Origin: Minisyncoccota bacterium
GTDB taxonomy: Bacteria; Patescibacteriota; Minisyncoccia; Phycocordibacterales; VMEP01
Assembly (NCBI GenBank): GCA_041661305.1
Contig: JBAZUR010000002.1
Location: forward strand, 76,621-110,258
Length of the DNA: 33,638 bases
Reading direction: 5' to 3'
In this document: in pieces, positions 25,715-33,541 of the stretch
How the letters are laid out: every line of letters starts with the position of its first letter
How positions within the stretch are numbered: the stretch's first letter is position 1
Translations under genes and position numbers: made by a program
The notes under the pieces: model-generated
The model's database searches: none
Told to the model about the DNA's origin: nothing
Seen by the model: the letters and a program-made list of their open reading frames with translations, nothing else

Positions 25715-26164
25715 CTAAAGACTGTTTTTCAAAGTTCTACTTATTTCACGCATGTCGTCTCGTTTTTTTAAAGTCTCGCGTTTATCAAATTTCTTTTTAC
25801 CGCGAGCGATTCCGAGCGACACTTTAATCTTACCTTTTTTATTATACATCGAAAGTGGCACCATTGTCAACTTCTTCTCCTTCTCCATATGAGAGAGTTC
25901 CAATATTTCTTTTTTGGTCAAAAGAAGTTTTCTCGTGCGAAGCGGGTCGTAGCCCCCAGGCATATTTTGAGCTTGATATGGAGGGATATTTGAACCAAGC
26001 AAAAAAACTTCTCCTCCGCGGACGACAGCATAAGCTCCCTCAAGCGAGCCCTGACCACCTTTAATAGACTTAACCTCAGGGCCGAGAAGCTCAATACCGG
26101 CTTCAAAGGTTTCTGTGATTTCGTAATTAAAGCGTGCTTTTTTGTTTTCGATAAAGGAAGTCAC
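25715..26164 (-). CDS. smpB: SsrA-binding protein SmpB
   Basis: ENKKARFNY, EAGIEL.G.EVKS, RTRKLLL, TMVPL.MY, GKKKFDKRE motifs. Confidence 0.98.
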   Translation of the reverse strand: MTSFIENKKARFNYEITETFEAGIELLGPEVKSIKGGQGSLEGAYAVVRGGEVFLLGSNIPPYQAQNMPGGYDPLRTRKLLLTKKEILELSHMEKEKKLTMVPLSMYNKKGKIKVSLGIARGKKKFDKRETLKKRDDMREISRTLKNSL

Positions 26165-26238
26165 CGGGTAATTTTAACATGAGTTATAGGTTTTTTACTT
26201 TTCCTCTTTAAAAACACGATAAAATTCTGTTGATAAGA

Positions 26239-26400
26239 GTCGCGCGTCAATGGACGGTCGCGCGACATGATTTCGTCTAAATCATATACTCGCATTACGC
26301 ATAATTTCTTGCTAAAAATTTGCGCGACCCCGACTCGGCTCGCCAGCCTCCGCCTCTCAATTGCTTCACATGTCGCAATTGAGCATCGCGCTCCGTAATG
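26239..26400 (+). repeat. Palindromic element copy B plus adjoining hairpins
   Basis: aatttct-TGCT-aaaaatt hairpin then cgacccc as in copies A and D; 7-bp terminal IR cattacg/cgtaatg (26293-26400); extra stems at 26239-26266, 26267-26285 and ctcaattgc/gcaattgag. Confidence 0.75.
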
Positions 26401-26469
26401 TTTTTAAAAAGGAAAAGTCTAGATTTTTAAGAAAAATCAAAAAGATTAGTTTTTGGGTCTAAAATACCG

Positions 26470-26559
26470 GAGGTACACCCGAAAGACCTTGCACAGCGCG
26501 ACGGCGCGAGCAGAGAAAATTTTTAGCAAAAAATTATTCGTGTCTTTCGGGTGTACCTC
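26470..26559 (-). repeat. Palindromic element copy C (56-nt core in perfect 18-bp inverted arms)
   Basis: Arms gaggtacacccgaaagac / gtctttcgggtgtacctc; core homologous to copy E; 16-nt exact match to 33455-33470. Confidence 0.88.
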
Positions 26560-26629
26560 AAAAAAGAAGAATTTATGATAATAATGCTAAGTTCAACACT
26601 ATTTAAAACTGGTGTATAATATCGAAACT

Positions 26630-28564
26630 ATGCAAATAAAAATGCCAAAAATGAAAGGAGTAAAAGACGGAAAGGGTGATAAAAAAGAACCAAAGCCGAT
26701 GACCACACTTGGTTTGGTGAGTAATATTGCTACCGCGCTTTTAATTTTTCTATTAATAACTTCACTTTATTCATATATATCTGACAACGCCAAAAAAGCA
26801 GTAGACATTCCTATTTCGGAAGTGGCTAGCTTGGTACAAGAAGGGAAGGTGAAAAAGATTTCTGTTGAAGGAGAGAAGTTGGCACTCACTCTTACAGACG
26901 ACACCTTGCGTGCTTCAAAGAAGGAAGCTGAGTCAGCACTGTCAGAAACTCTTTCTCGCTATGGGGTCACCTCTGAAAAACTTTCAAAAATAGAGGTTGT
27001 TATTTCAAATGACCGTGGAGCATCATTTTGGCTTTTGAATATTTTGCCATTTCTCATTCCAATTATTTTTGTAATCTTTTTCTTTTGGTTTTTGTCTCGA
27101 CAAGTAAAAGGAGCAGGTATGCAGGCCTTCACTTTCGGGCAATCAAAAGCTCGTGTCATTGATCCTCTCGACTTAAACCAGAAAGTGACATTCAAAGATG
27201 TTGCCGGAGTGAAAGAAGCAAAAGAAGAACTTCGAGAGATTGTCGATTTTTTGAAAAATCCTAAAAAGTTTTTGGATATTGGCGCGCGTATTCCAAAAGG
27301 CGTTCTTTTGATGGGTGCGCCAGGTACAGGAAAGACTTTGCTTGCTCGCGCGGTTGCAGGGGAGGCAGCGGTCCCATTCTTCTATCTTTCAGGTTCAGAG
27401 TTCGTGGAAATGTTTGTCGGCGTTGGTGCTTCTCGCGTGCGTGACCTTTTCGCAATGGCCAAAAAAGCCGCGCCAGCCATTATTTTCGTCGATGAGATTG
27501 ACGCTGTCGGACGGGTACGTGGTACAGGCGTTGGTGGTGGCAACGACGAACGTGAACAGACATTAAATCAAATCTTGGTTGAGATGGATGGTTTTGAGCC
27601 GACTGAAAAAGTGATTGTCATGTCCGCGACAAACAGACCAGATGTTTTGGACCCAGCTTTGCTTCGCCCAGGTCGTTTTGATCGACGTGTGATTTTGGAT
27701 TTGCCTGATCGCGATGAACGTGAAGAAATTTTGAGAATTCATAGTTTGAAAAAGCCGTTGACCGAAGATGTTAATCTCCGTGTTATCGCTGAGCGTACCC
27801 CTGGATTTTCTGGTGCTGACTTATTCTCACTTATGAACGAAGGTGCAATTTTGGCTGCCCGCGAGGTTCGTAAAAAAGTTTCGCAATATGACCTCATTCG
27901 TTCTATTGAAAAGGTGATGATGGGGCCAGAAAGAAAGAGTCATCTTCTTTCAGTTAAAGAAAAAGAAATCACCGCTTATCACGAAGCTGGACATGCTTTG
28001 CTTGCATCGGTTTTGCCATACGCTGACCCTGTGCACAAAGTTTCAATCGTTGCCCGCGGGCGTGCTGGGGGATACACTCTTAAACTTCCGATTGAAGAAA
28101 GAAAGCTCCAGTCAAAGAAAGAATTTTTGGATGACATCATTGTTTCACTTGGTGGATATGTCGCAGAAGAAACAGTTTTTGGTGACCTCACAACAGGACC
28201 ATCAAACGACTTGCAGGTTGCAACCGCTCTTGCACGCGACATGGTCACGAAGTATGGAATGTCTGACAAAATGGGACCCGTGGCTCTTGAGGGTTCTGGT
28301 GGACGTGTGCTTTTTGGCACAGGTGTTTCAGACCACGGATATTCAGAAGTTGTTTCTGCAAAAATTGACGAGGAAGTTTCAAAGATAATGAACGACTCGA
28401 TGAAGAAGGCGCAGACAGAAATAAAAGCAAATAGAAAAATACTTGATGCCATCGCCAAAGAACTTATCTCTGTTGAAACTATTGAACGTGAGGAGTTTGA
28501 AAAGATTCTTGTGGCTAACGGCATAATGCCAAAGAAAGGGGAAGGGATAGATATAGTTTCATAG
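26630..28564 (+). CDS. ftsH: ATP-dependent zinc metalloprotease FtsH
   Basis: Two TMs, GAPGTGKT Walker A, IFVDEID Walker [19 protein letters not shown] zinc motif; ATG 26630 preferred because GTG 26612 overlaps the TATAAT box. Confidence 0.98.
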   Translation: MQIKMPKMKGVKDGKGDKKEPKPMTTLGLVSNIATALLIFLLITSLYSYISDNAKKAVDIPISEVASLVQEGKVKKISVEGEKLALTLTDDTLRASKKEAESALSETLSRYGVTSEKLSKIEVVISNDRGASFWLLNILPFLIPIIFVIFFFWFLSRQVKGAGMQAFTFGQSKARVIDPLDLNQKVTFKDVAGVKEAKEELREIVDFLKNPKKFLDIGARIPKGVLLMGAPGTGKTLLARAVAGEAAVPFFYLSGSEFVEMFVGVGASRVRDLFAMAKKAAPAIIFVDEIDAVGRVRGTGVGGGNDEREQTLNQILVEMDGFEPTEKVIVMSATNRPDVLDPALLRPGRFDRRVILDLPDRDEREEILRIHSLKKPLTEDVNLRVIAERTPGFSGADLFSLMNEGAILAAREVRKKVSQYDLIRSIEKVMMGPERKSHLLSVKEKEITAYHEAGHALLASVLPYADPVHKVSIVARGRAGGYTLKLPIEERKLQSKKEFLDDIIVSLGGYVAEETVFGDLTTGPSNDLQVATALARDMVTKYGMSDKMGPVALEGSGGRVLFGTGVSDHGYSEVVSAKIDEEVSKIMNDSMKKAQTEIKANRKILDAIAKELISVETIEREEFEKILVANGIMPKKGEGIDIVS

Positions 28565-28606
28565 AACAGCTAGATTTATCTATGTCGGTATGTTTTTAAT
28601 GTGGAT

Positions 28607-29086
28607 ATGAATAATAAATTCTCATCTTGGAAAACTATTACAATTGGTAATTATAAAAATACCGATGAACTTAAGGAAGATATTTTGAAATTAGGATTTC
28701 GCATTGGTGACTGGGCTAACGACATACTCAATGATCCCTCCTTCGATCTGGCTTCTAAAGAAATAAAGATAGATTTAATCTGCATCACTGTTGGTGAACT
28801 TGGTTTTAAAAACGGTGCTTACCTTAAAGAAATTCAAGATAGAGCACTAAGTCTTGGTCTTAAGTACTGCCCAATGGAAGTTGGCCCTCAATTGCGCCGA
28901 CAGTATATAGACCAGCCTAGACTCGAGTCTCTTCAGATAGGAATGCAATCACAGGTTGATTCAAAAGGACACAAGAGTGAATTTAGAGTTGTGCATGGAG
29001 TTGATGGTTTTATGTGGCTAGTTGGCGACCATAAACATCAAGATAATTTTTGGGAAGAAGGCGAACAGTTTATTTTTGTAAAATGA
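28607..29086 (+). CDS. Hypothetical protein (about 160 aa)
   Basis: TVGELGF...GLKYCPMEVGPQLRRQYIDQP...WL...W...FIF pattern, recognised as a recurring uncharacterised domain; function unknown. Confidence 0.7.
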   Translation: MNNKFSSWKTITIGNYKNTDELKEDILKLGFRIGDWANDILNDPSFDLASKEIKIDLICITVGELGFKNGAYLKEIQDRALSLGLKYCPMEVGPQLRRQYIDQPRLESLQIGMQSQVDSKGHKSEFRVVHGVDGFMWLVGDHKHQDNFWEEGEQFIFVK

Positions 29087-29108
29087 TTTAAATTTTAATA
29101 TCAAAATG

Positions 29109-30113
29109 TTATTTTGATATTTTATTTAATCTCTCCTCAATCAAATCTATTTTTCCACTGACGTTTTGATAGTGTGATTTTTTAGAAGCATAGAATTCAT
29201 AATCCCTTTTGGTGTGAGAATCACCACCACCACTTTCTAGTGCTTTATATTTTTTGATCAGCTTTTTGAGCATCTCCTGCTCTTCTTTTACTTCCTTCTT
29301 ATACTTTCCTTTGATTCCCAAACCATAAGTTGTTTCAAGCCCATCAATACGTTTTTGCTTGAGCAATTTTTCTACAAGCTTTGGAGGTACTTCTCTTCTT
29401 GTTGTGAAATAGTGAGCAATGAAAGCTAAACCTCCAGCATTTCGAATTAGAGTGACTGCCTCGTCTAAATCCGGCTTATCATCTATTTCAACAGAACATG
29501 GTTTGAAAGCGTGGTGTCCCAAAAAAAGACTATATGGATATTGGTACTCCCCAATAGACATCATCAAATCATATTCTTTTTTTATTTTCTCATTAGTCTT
29601 TGAGGCCTCTTTCATTTCCTCAATAGATTTTTTGAATATGGTTAAGTTTTTCTTTTTTGAAAGAAGAACAGAGACAATATGTGGTTTGCCAACGGTTCCT
29701 TCTCCAGCTTTACGGAGGCATTCTTCCGGGGTAATAGAGAGACTGTATTTCTGAAGACGAAGAACGGTTTTCTTCATTCGACTAATTCTCATTTTTGTTT
29801 GTTTATCAACAAAAGAACGAAGTTTTTTATTTTTTGGATCAACAAAAAGCCCGATTACGTGGAGGGTTCCATCGCCGTTTGTGGCGTCTTTGGGGTGTTC
29901 GGCAGAAATTTCAATACCCAAGATTGCTCGCACATCTCCTTTGTATTTATTTAGAAAGGAGATTGTTTTTTCACTCGGCAAGACATCATGGTCTGTGAAC
30001 GCTAGCGTTTTATACCCAAGCTTTTCGGCGAGCGATAAAACTTCTTTGTGGCTTAACGCTCCGTCTGAGATTTTTGTGTGATTATGAAGTGATTCGATTT
30101 GTCGTTTTTTCAT
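29109..30113 (-). CDS. PHP-family metal-dependent phosphoesterase (YciV/TrpH-like)
   Basis: HNHTKISDG, AFTDHD, GIEIS, HVIG, KPH, AHY and GGDSH metal ligands. Confidence 0.88.
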   Translation of the reverse strand: MKKRQIESLHNHTKISDGALSHKEVLSLAEKLGYKTLAFTDHDVLPSEKTISFLNKYKGDVRAILGIEISAEHPKDATNGDGTLHVIGLFVDPKNKKLRSFVDKQTKMRISRMKKTVLRLQKYSLSITPEECLRKAGEGTVGKPHIVSVLLSKKKNLTIFKKSIEEMKEASKTNEKIKKEYDLMMSIGEYQYPYSLFLGHHAFKPCSVEIDDKPDLDEAVTLIRNAGGLAFIAHYFTTRREVPPKLVEKLLKQKRIDGLETTYGLGIKGKYKKEVKEEQEMLKKLIKKYKALESGGGDSHTKRDYEFYASKKSHYQNVSGKIDLIEERLNKISK

Positions 30114-30174
30114 TTTGTGTATTTTCTGAGTCGCCAGTATAGCATATGTGAATATGTTGATTTCGACTCTTTAC

Positions 30175-30203
30175 TTGAACTGTTTGCTCTAAAAATGTAG
30201 ACT
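30175..30203 (+). promoter_or_regulatory. Putative promoter of the tRNA-Ile locus
   Basis: TTGAAC-17nt-TAGACT ending 27 nt before the interrupted tRNA copy. Confidence 0.6.
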
Positions 30204-30240
30204 TCATCCGTGGCTGATTGAAAATATGCGTCCGTCCTTA

Positions 30241-30278
30241 CCCGCCCGAATGGAACGAGCCCGCTCGGTACGGGCGGG
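30241..30278. mobile_element. 38-nt miniature hairpin insertion at TTA^G
   Basis: cccgcccg...cgggcggg terminal inverted repeat; absent from the intact tRNA copy. Confidence 0.8.
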
Positions 30279-30291
30279 GCTCAGTTGGTTA

Positions 30292-30327
30292 CCTGCCCGA
30301 ACGACTGGAATCGTTCAGTCGGGCGGG
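30292..30327. mobile_element. 36-nt miniature hairpin insertion at TTA^G
   Basis: cctgcccga...tcgggcggg terminal inverted repeat; same target context as the 30241 insertion. Confidence 0.8.
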
Positions 30328-30422
30328 GAGCACAGAGCTTATAAATGGCAACGAGGAATAAGTGGAAGTTTACTTACATTTAGGCCGAGTGAACCGTTTA
30401 TATGAATTGAAAATTTCATAGT

Positions 30423-30496
30423 CCGTCCTTAGCTCAGTTGGTTAGAGCACAGAGCTTATACCTCTGCGGTCCCTGGTTCGAATCCAGGAGGACGGA
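30423..30496 (+). tRNA. tRNA-Ile(UAU), CCA not encoded
   Basis: Cloverleaf CCGTCCT/AGGACGG, D stem GCTC/GAGC, anticodon arm CAGAG-CTTATAC-CTCTG, T arm CCTGG-TTCGAAT-CCAGG, A73. Confidence 0.93.
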
Positions 30497-30515
30497 CTAT
30501 GAAATAAATCATATC

Positions 30516-30539
30516 CCTCTGCGGTCCCTGGTTCGAATC
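30516..30539 (+). pseudogene. 3' fragment (from C38 through the T loop) of tRNA-Ile(UAU)
   Basis: cctctgcggtccctggttcgaatc identical to 30461-30484. Confidence 0.92.
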
Positions 30540-30553
30540 AGAAAAAAACAACC

Positions 30554-32713
30554 CTACTCAAAGTGTATCGTCGCTGTTTTTTCTGCCAATTTTTCTTTTA
30601 GTGCAGGATACTTAGAGATTTTATTTTCAAGAATAATTTTTTTAGCTTCTTCTCGCGCAGCCTCCACCATTTTCAGATTTTTCAGCGCTTCCATTCCTAT
30701 ATCAGAAAGACCCCACTGTTTTCCGCCAGATAATTCCCCTGGGCCACGCAGTTTCAAATCAAGCTCAGCAAGTTCAAATCCATTTTTTGCTTCTGTAATT
30801 GCTTTTAGTCTTGCTTTTGATTTTTCACCATCTGACTCTGGGAAGAGATAGCAGTACGACTGATGATTGCTTCTTTGCACACGCCCGCGAAGTTGATGGA
30901 GTTGAGCAAGACCGAACCGTTCTGCGCCCTCGATAATAATAGAAGTGGCATTTGGAATATTGACGCCAACTTCAATAACAGAAGTAGCAACAAGAATATG
31001 TATTTTACCAGCAAGGAAATCATCCATTACCTTGTCGCGAGCTTCACGCTTCATTTTGCTGTGAATGATACCGATTACCGAATCGGGGAAAACACTTTTC
31101 TTTAAGCGCTTCGCTTCGGCTATTACTGATTTTGCGTTTAGTGCCATAGCCTTATCAGGATCCGGTTCGTCTATACGAGGACAAATAATATAGGCCTGTC
31201 TTCCGCTTGTGATTTCCTCTTTTATTTTTTCGTAGACTTTATCGCGTTTTCCTTTGGTGACGATTTCGGTTATGACCTGTTTTCGTCCAGCCGGCATTTC
31301 GTCGATAAGAGTTAGGTCGAGGTCGCCATAGACCGTGAGTGCAAGTGTGCGGGGGATTGGAGTTGCTGTCATAGAAAGAAGATGTGGTGCGAAGTCATCT
31401 TTGCGAGCAAGCTTCATTCTTTGGTTTGTGCCGAAGCGATGTTGTTCATCAATAATAACGAGACCTAATCTTTTAAAAGAAACACTTTTTTGGATTAAGG
31501 CGTGCGTTCCAATCACAATTGGAATTTCTCCATTGGCTACCCATTTTAAAAATTGAGTTCGTGAAATATCAGTCCAAGAGCTTGGGTTGACCTTTGATGG
31601 AAATTTTCTACATCCAGAGCCGGTGATTAATCCGACAGCAATATTCATATGGGTGAAATATTTAATGAATGATTCGAAATGTTGAGAGGCCAATATTTCT
31701 GTTGGTGCCATGTAGGCCACTTGAAGTCGCGCGGCGCGGTTGTCTTTTGGGCTTGTGGAGATTACGGCGTAAGAAGCAGTTGCGGCAACAGCTGTTTTGC
31801 CTGAGCCAACGTCACCTTCAAGTAGTCGGGACATTGGTTTCCCGCTTTTGAAGTCTTCTAAAATATCTTTAACTGCGTTATTTTGCGCGAGAGTTGCTTC
31901 AAATGGGAAGCGCTCAATAAAAGTACGCACTTCTTTTTCACTAGGTTCAATGACGAAAGAACTATTTTTTTCAAATTCAAATTTTGCTTGTTGTCTTTGG
32001 AGTTGAATAAAAAATACTTCTTCAAAAGCAAAACGTTTGCGTGCGGCGGAAGCGTGAGATTCGTTTTTTGGATTGTGGATAAAGATAAGAGCGTCTTTGA
32101 GTGGGGGAAGTTTGTAGTGCGCCAAAATTTCATTTGGAATAGGGTCTTCCAATGTATCCAAAAAACTTGCTTGCAAAAGTTTTTTTATTGAGTGCTGGAA
32201 CCACAAAGAAGAGATTCCTTTACTCTCCTCGTATACGGGAATCATGCTCTCTGTCATTACCGATTCTCCCAAAAGTCCGTTTTGAAGAGGGAGTTCCGCA
32301 ACACGTTCAATGTCTGGGTTGGCGAGATATTTTGAGCCATTTCTTTCTGTAACAGTCCCGCTAACTCTCACCGAAGATTCAGCTGGAATCATTTTTGCCA
32401 GATATGGCTGATTGAACCAAACTATTTTTATTGACCCAGTGTGGTCGGTTAGGGTCCCTTCAGCCATCGGGATTTTCTTTCGAAAAGCTTTACTTGTTTT
32501 GAGGTTGGTTAGTTTGCCAAAAAAGATGACACGGTCACCAGAGCGCGAGGAGAGAATAGCTTGCGAGGAACCAAAGTCTATATATCGCGAAGGTAAATGA
32601 TAGAGAAGATCTCGGACGGTTGTTAGATTTAGTTTAGTTAGGGCCTCTTTTTGCTCTTGTTTTAGTTTAAACAAAGAGGTAATTGGCGTTTTTTCTTCAA
32701 AGGATGGTTGCAT
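30554..32713 (-). CDS. recG: ATP-dependent DNA helicase RecG
   Basis: Wedge/OB region VWFNQPYL, RLLEGDVGSGKT, MAPTEILA, IIDEQHRFG, MTATPIPRTL, ERFGLAQLHQLRGRV, DLKLRGPGE. Confidence 0.98.
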   Translation of the reverse strand: MQPSFEEKTPITSLFKLKQEQKEALTKLNLTTVRDLLYHLPSRYIDFGSSQAILSSRSGDRVIFFGKLTNLKTSKAFRKKIPMAEGTLTDHTGSIKIVWFNQPYLAKMIPAESSVRVSGTVTERNGSKYLANPDIERVAELPLQNGLLGESVMTESMIPVYEESKGISSLWFQHSIKKLLQASFLDTLEDPIPNEILAHYKLPPLKDALIFIHNPKNESHASAARKRFAFEEVFFIQLQRQQAKFEFEKNSSFVIEPSEKEVRTFIERFPFEATLAQNNAVKDILEDFKSGKPMSRLLEGDVGSGKTAVAATASYAVISTSPKDNRAARLQVAYMAPTEILASQHFESFIKYFTHMNIAVGLITGSGCRKFPSKVNPSSWTDISRTQFLKWVANGEIPIVIGTHALIQKSVSFKRLGLVIIDEQHRFGTNQRMKLARKDDFAPHLLSMTATPIPRTLALTVYGDLDLTLIDEMPAGRKQVITEIVTKGKRDKVYEKIKEEITSGRQAYIICPRIDEPDPDKAMALNAKSVIAEAKRLKKSVFPDSVIGIIHSKMKREARDKVMDDFLAGKIHILVATSVIEVGVNIPNATSIIIEGAERFGLAQLHQLRGRVQRSNHQSYCYLFPESDGEKSKARLKAITEAKNGFELAELDLKLRGPGELSGGKQWGLSDIGMEALKNLKMVEAAREEAKKIILENKISKYPALKEKLAEKTATIHFE

Positions 32714-32743
32714 GTGTTTGCTTTTAGTATAGCAAACTAGAAA

Positions 32744-33343
32744 TTAGTTTTTCTTTTGATTATTGCCGAGAAGATTATCTTCGAAAATTGTGGTAACGAG
32801 ACGTTCGATAAAGAGAAAAAGAAGTAATCCTAGAGCAAGACCAATTTCGGCGTAACGAAAATAGTTTTTGAGATGTGGTATCCATGCGCTCGCACAATAG
32901 GCGATTCCACCAACAAAGAAAACCCAAACAAGAATAGCTCTTATGTCTGCACTAAAGAATTTTTTAGTTGGTAGGTTGAGCATCCCTGTTCGAATAAGGG
33001 TGATGTGGTTGGTTCCGTAGATAAATTTTGTTACTAGGAGAAGTTTTTCTGGGCGATTTGCGATACCGTCGTCGAAACGCTTGGTTATTCTTTCAATTAT
33101 TTTTGCCGGCAGTTTAGTAGGATATCGGCCGATAAATTTTCCAAGTGAATACCAAAGAAAATCTCCAATAATCGCACCGACGATAAGAAGTGGAAGGATG
33201 TATGGAAGATAGAAAAAGTTTTGCTGTGTTAAGAAGCTTGAGACGAAGATTACAATATCTCCCTCAAACATAATTAGAAAAAAAGCGCCAAGGTAAGCAG
33301 AAAATTTCCAAGCAAGAAGGTAGTTTAAAAATAGGGTTTTCAT
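32744..33343 (-). CDS. dedA: DedA/SNARE-associated family membrane protein
   Basis: FEGD, GAIIGDFLWYSLGK, KFIYG and FF..D..A..VW motifs; several TMs. Confidence 0.85.
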   Translation of the reverse strand: MKTLFLNYLLAWKFSAYLGAFFLIMFEGDIVIFVSSFLTQQNFFYLPYILPLLIVGAIIGDFLWYSLGKFIGRYPTKLPAKIIERITKRFDDGIANRPEKLLLVTKFIYGTNHITLIRTGMLNLPTKKFFSADIRAILVWVFFVGGIAYCASAWIPHLKNYFRYAEIGLALGLLLFLFIERLVTTIFEDNLLGNNQKKN

Positions 33344-33398
33344 TCGTTTAGTACCGTAATTTTAACATGCCAAAAAACAAAGAGTCACTTTCTTTCTG

Positions 33399-33525
33399 CG
33401 GAGACGGTGGTTCGGTCACGGATATTTTTCTGCTGAAAAATTCCGCGACCCCGCCTCGCGCCGTCGCGCTCCGGCCTTCGAATCCCACACGCGAGCAAAG
33501 CAGTTTGCTCGCTCGTCTCCGTTTT
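33399..33525 (+). repeat. Palindromic element copy D with inverted and direct copies of the tRNA-Ser 3' end
   Basis: cggagacggtgg (33399-33410) repeats 33542-33553; ttcgaatcccac[25 nt]cgtctccgtttt (33477-33525) mirrors the tRNA end; TGCT and CGTC hairpins in between. Confidence 0.88.
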
Positions 33526-33541
33526 TCACGGAGCTTCAAAA

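Larger units (their letters stand above)
30230..30343 (+). pseudogene. Interrupted 5' half (to A37) of tRNA-Ile(UAU)
   Basis: 30230-30240 + 30279-30291 + 30328-30343 join to 40 nt identical to 30421-30460. Confidence 0.92.

Noticed and set aside
28607-29086. C-terminus reminiscent of C-type-lectin DGR targets
   Set aside because: No template repeat or reverse transcriptase seen in the window; the fold similarity is only a guess
30344-30515. Splicable tRNA intron (BHB or group I)
   Set aside because: Positions 32-35 do not pair with the insert end as a BHB needs; the insert is mostly a tRNA gene with no group I core; the outer copy lacks the acceptor 3' strand
30438-30851. 137-aa ORF, and similarly 25071-25331 and 33348-33614
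   Set aside because: They are translations across tRNA/tmRNA genes, repeat elements or the antisense of recG
21407-33525. Palindromic repeats as a CRISPR array
   Set aside because: Copies are dispersed over 12 kb, divergent and not separated by regular spacers; no cas genes
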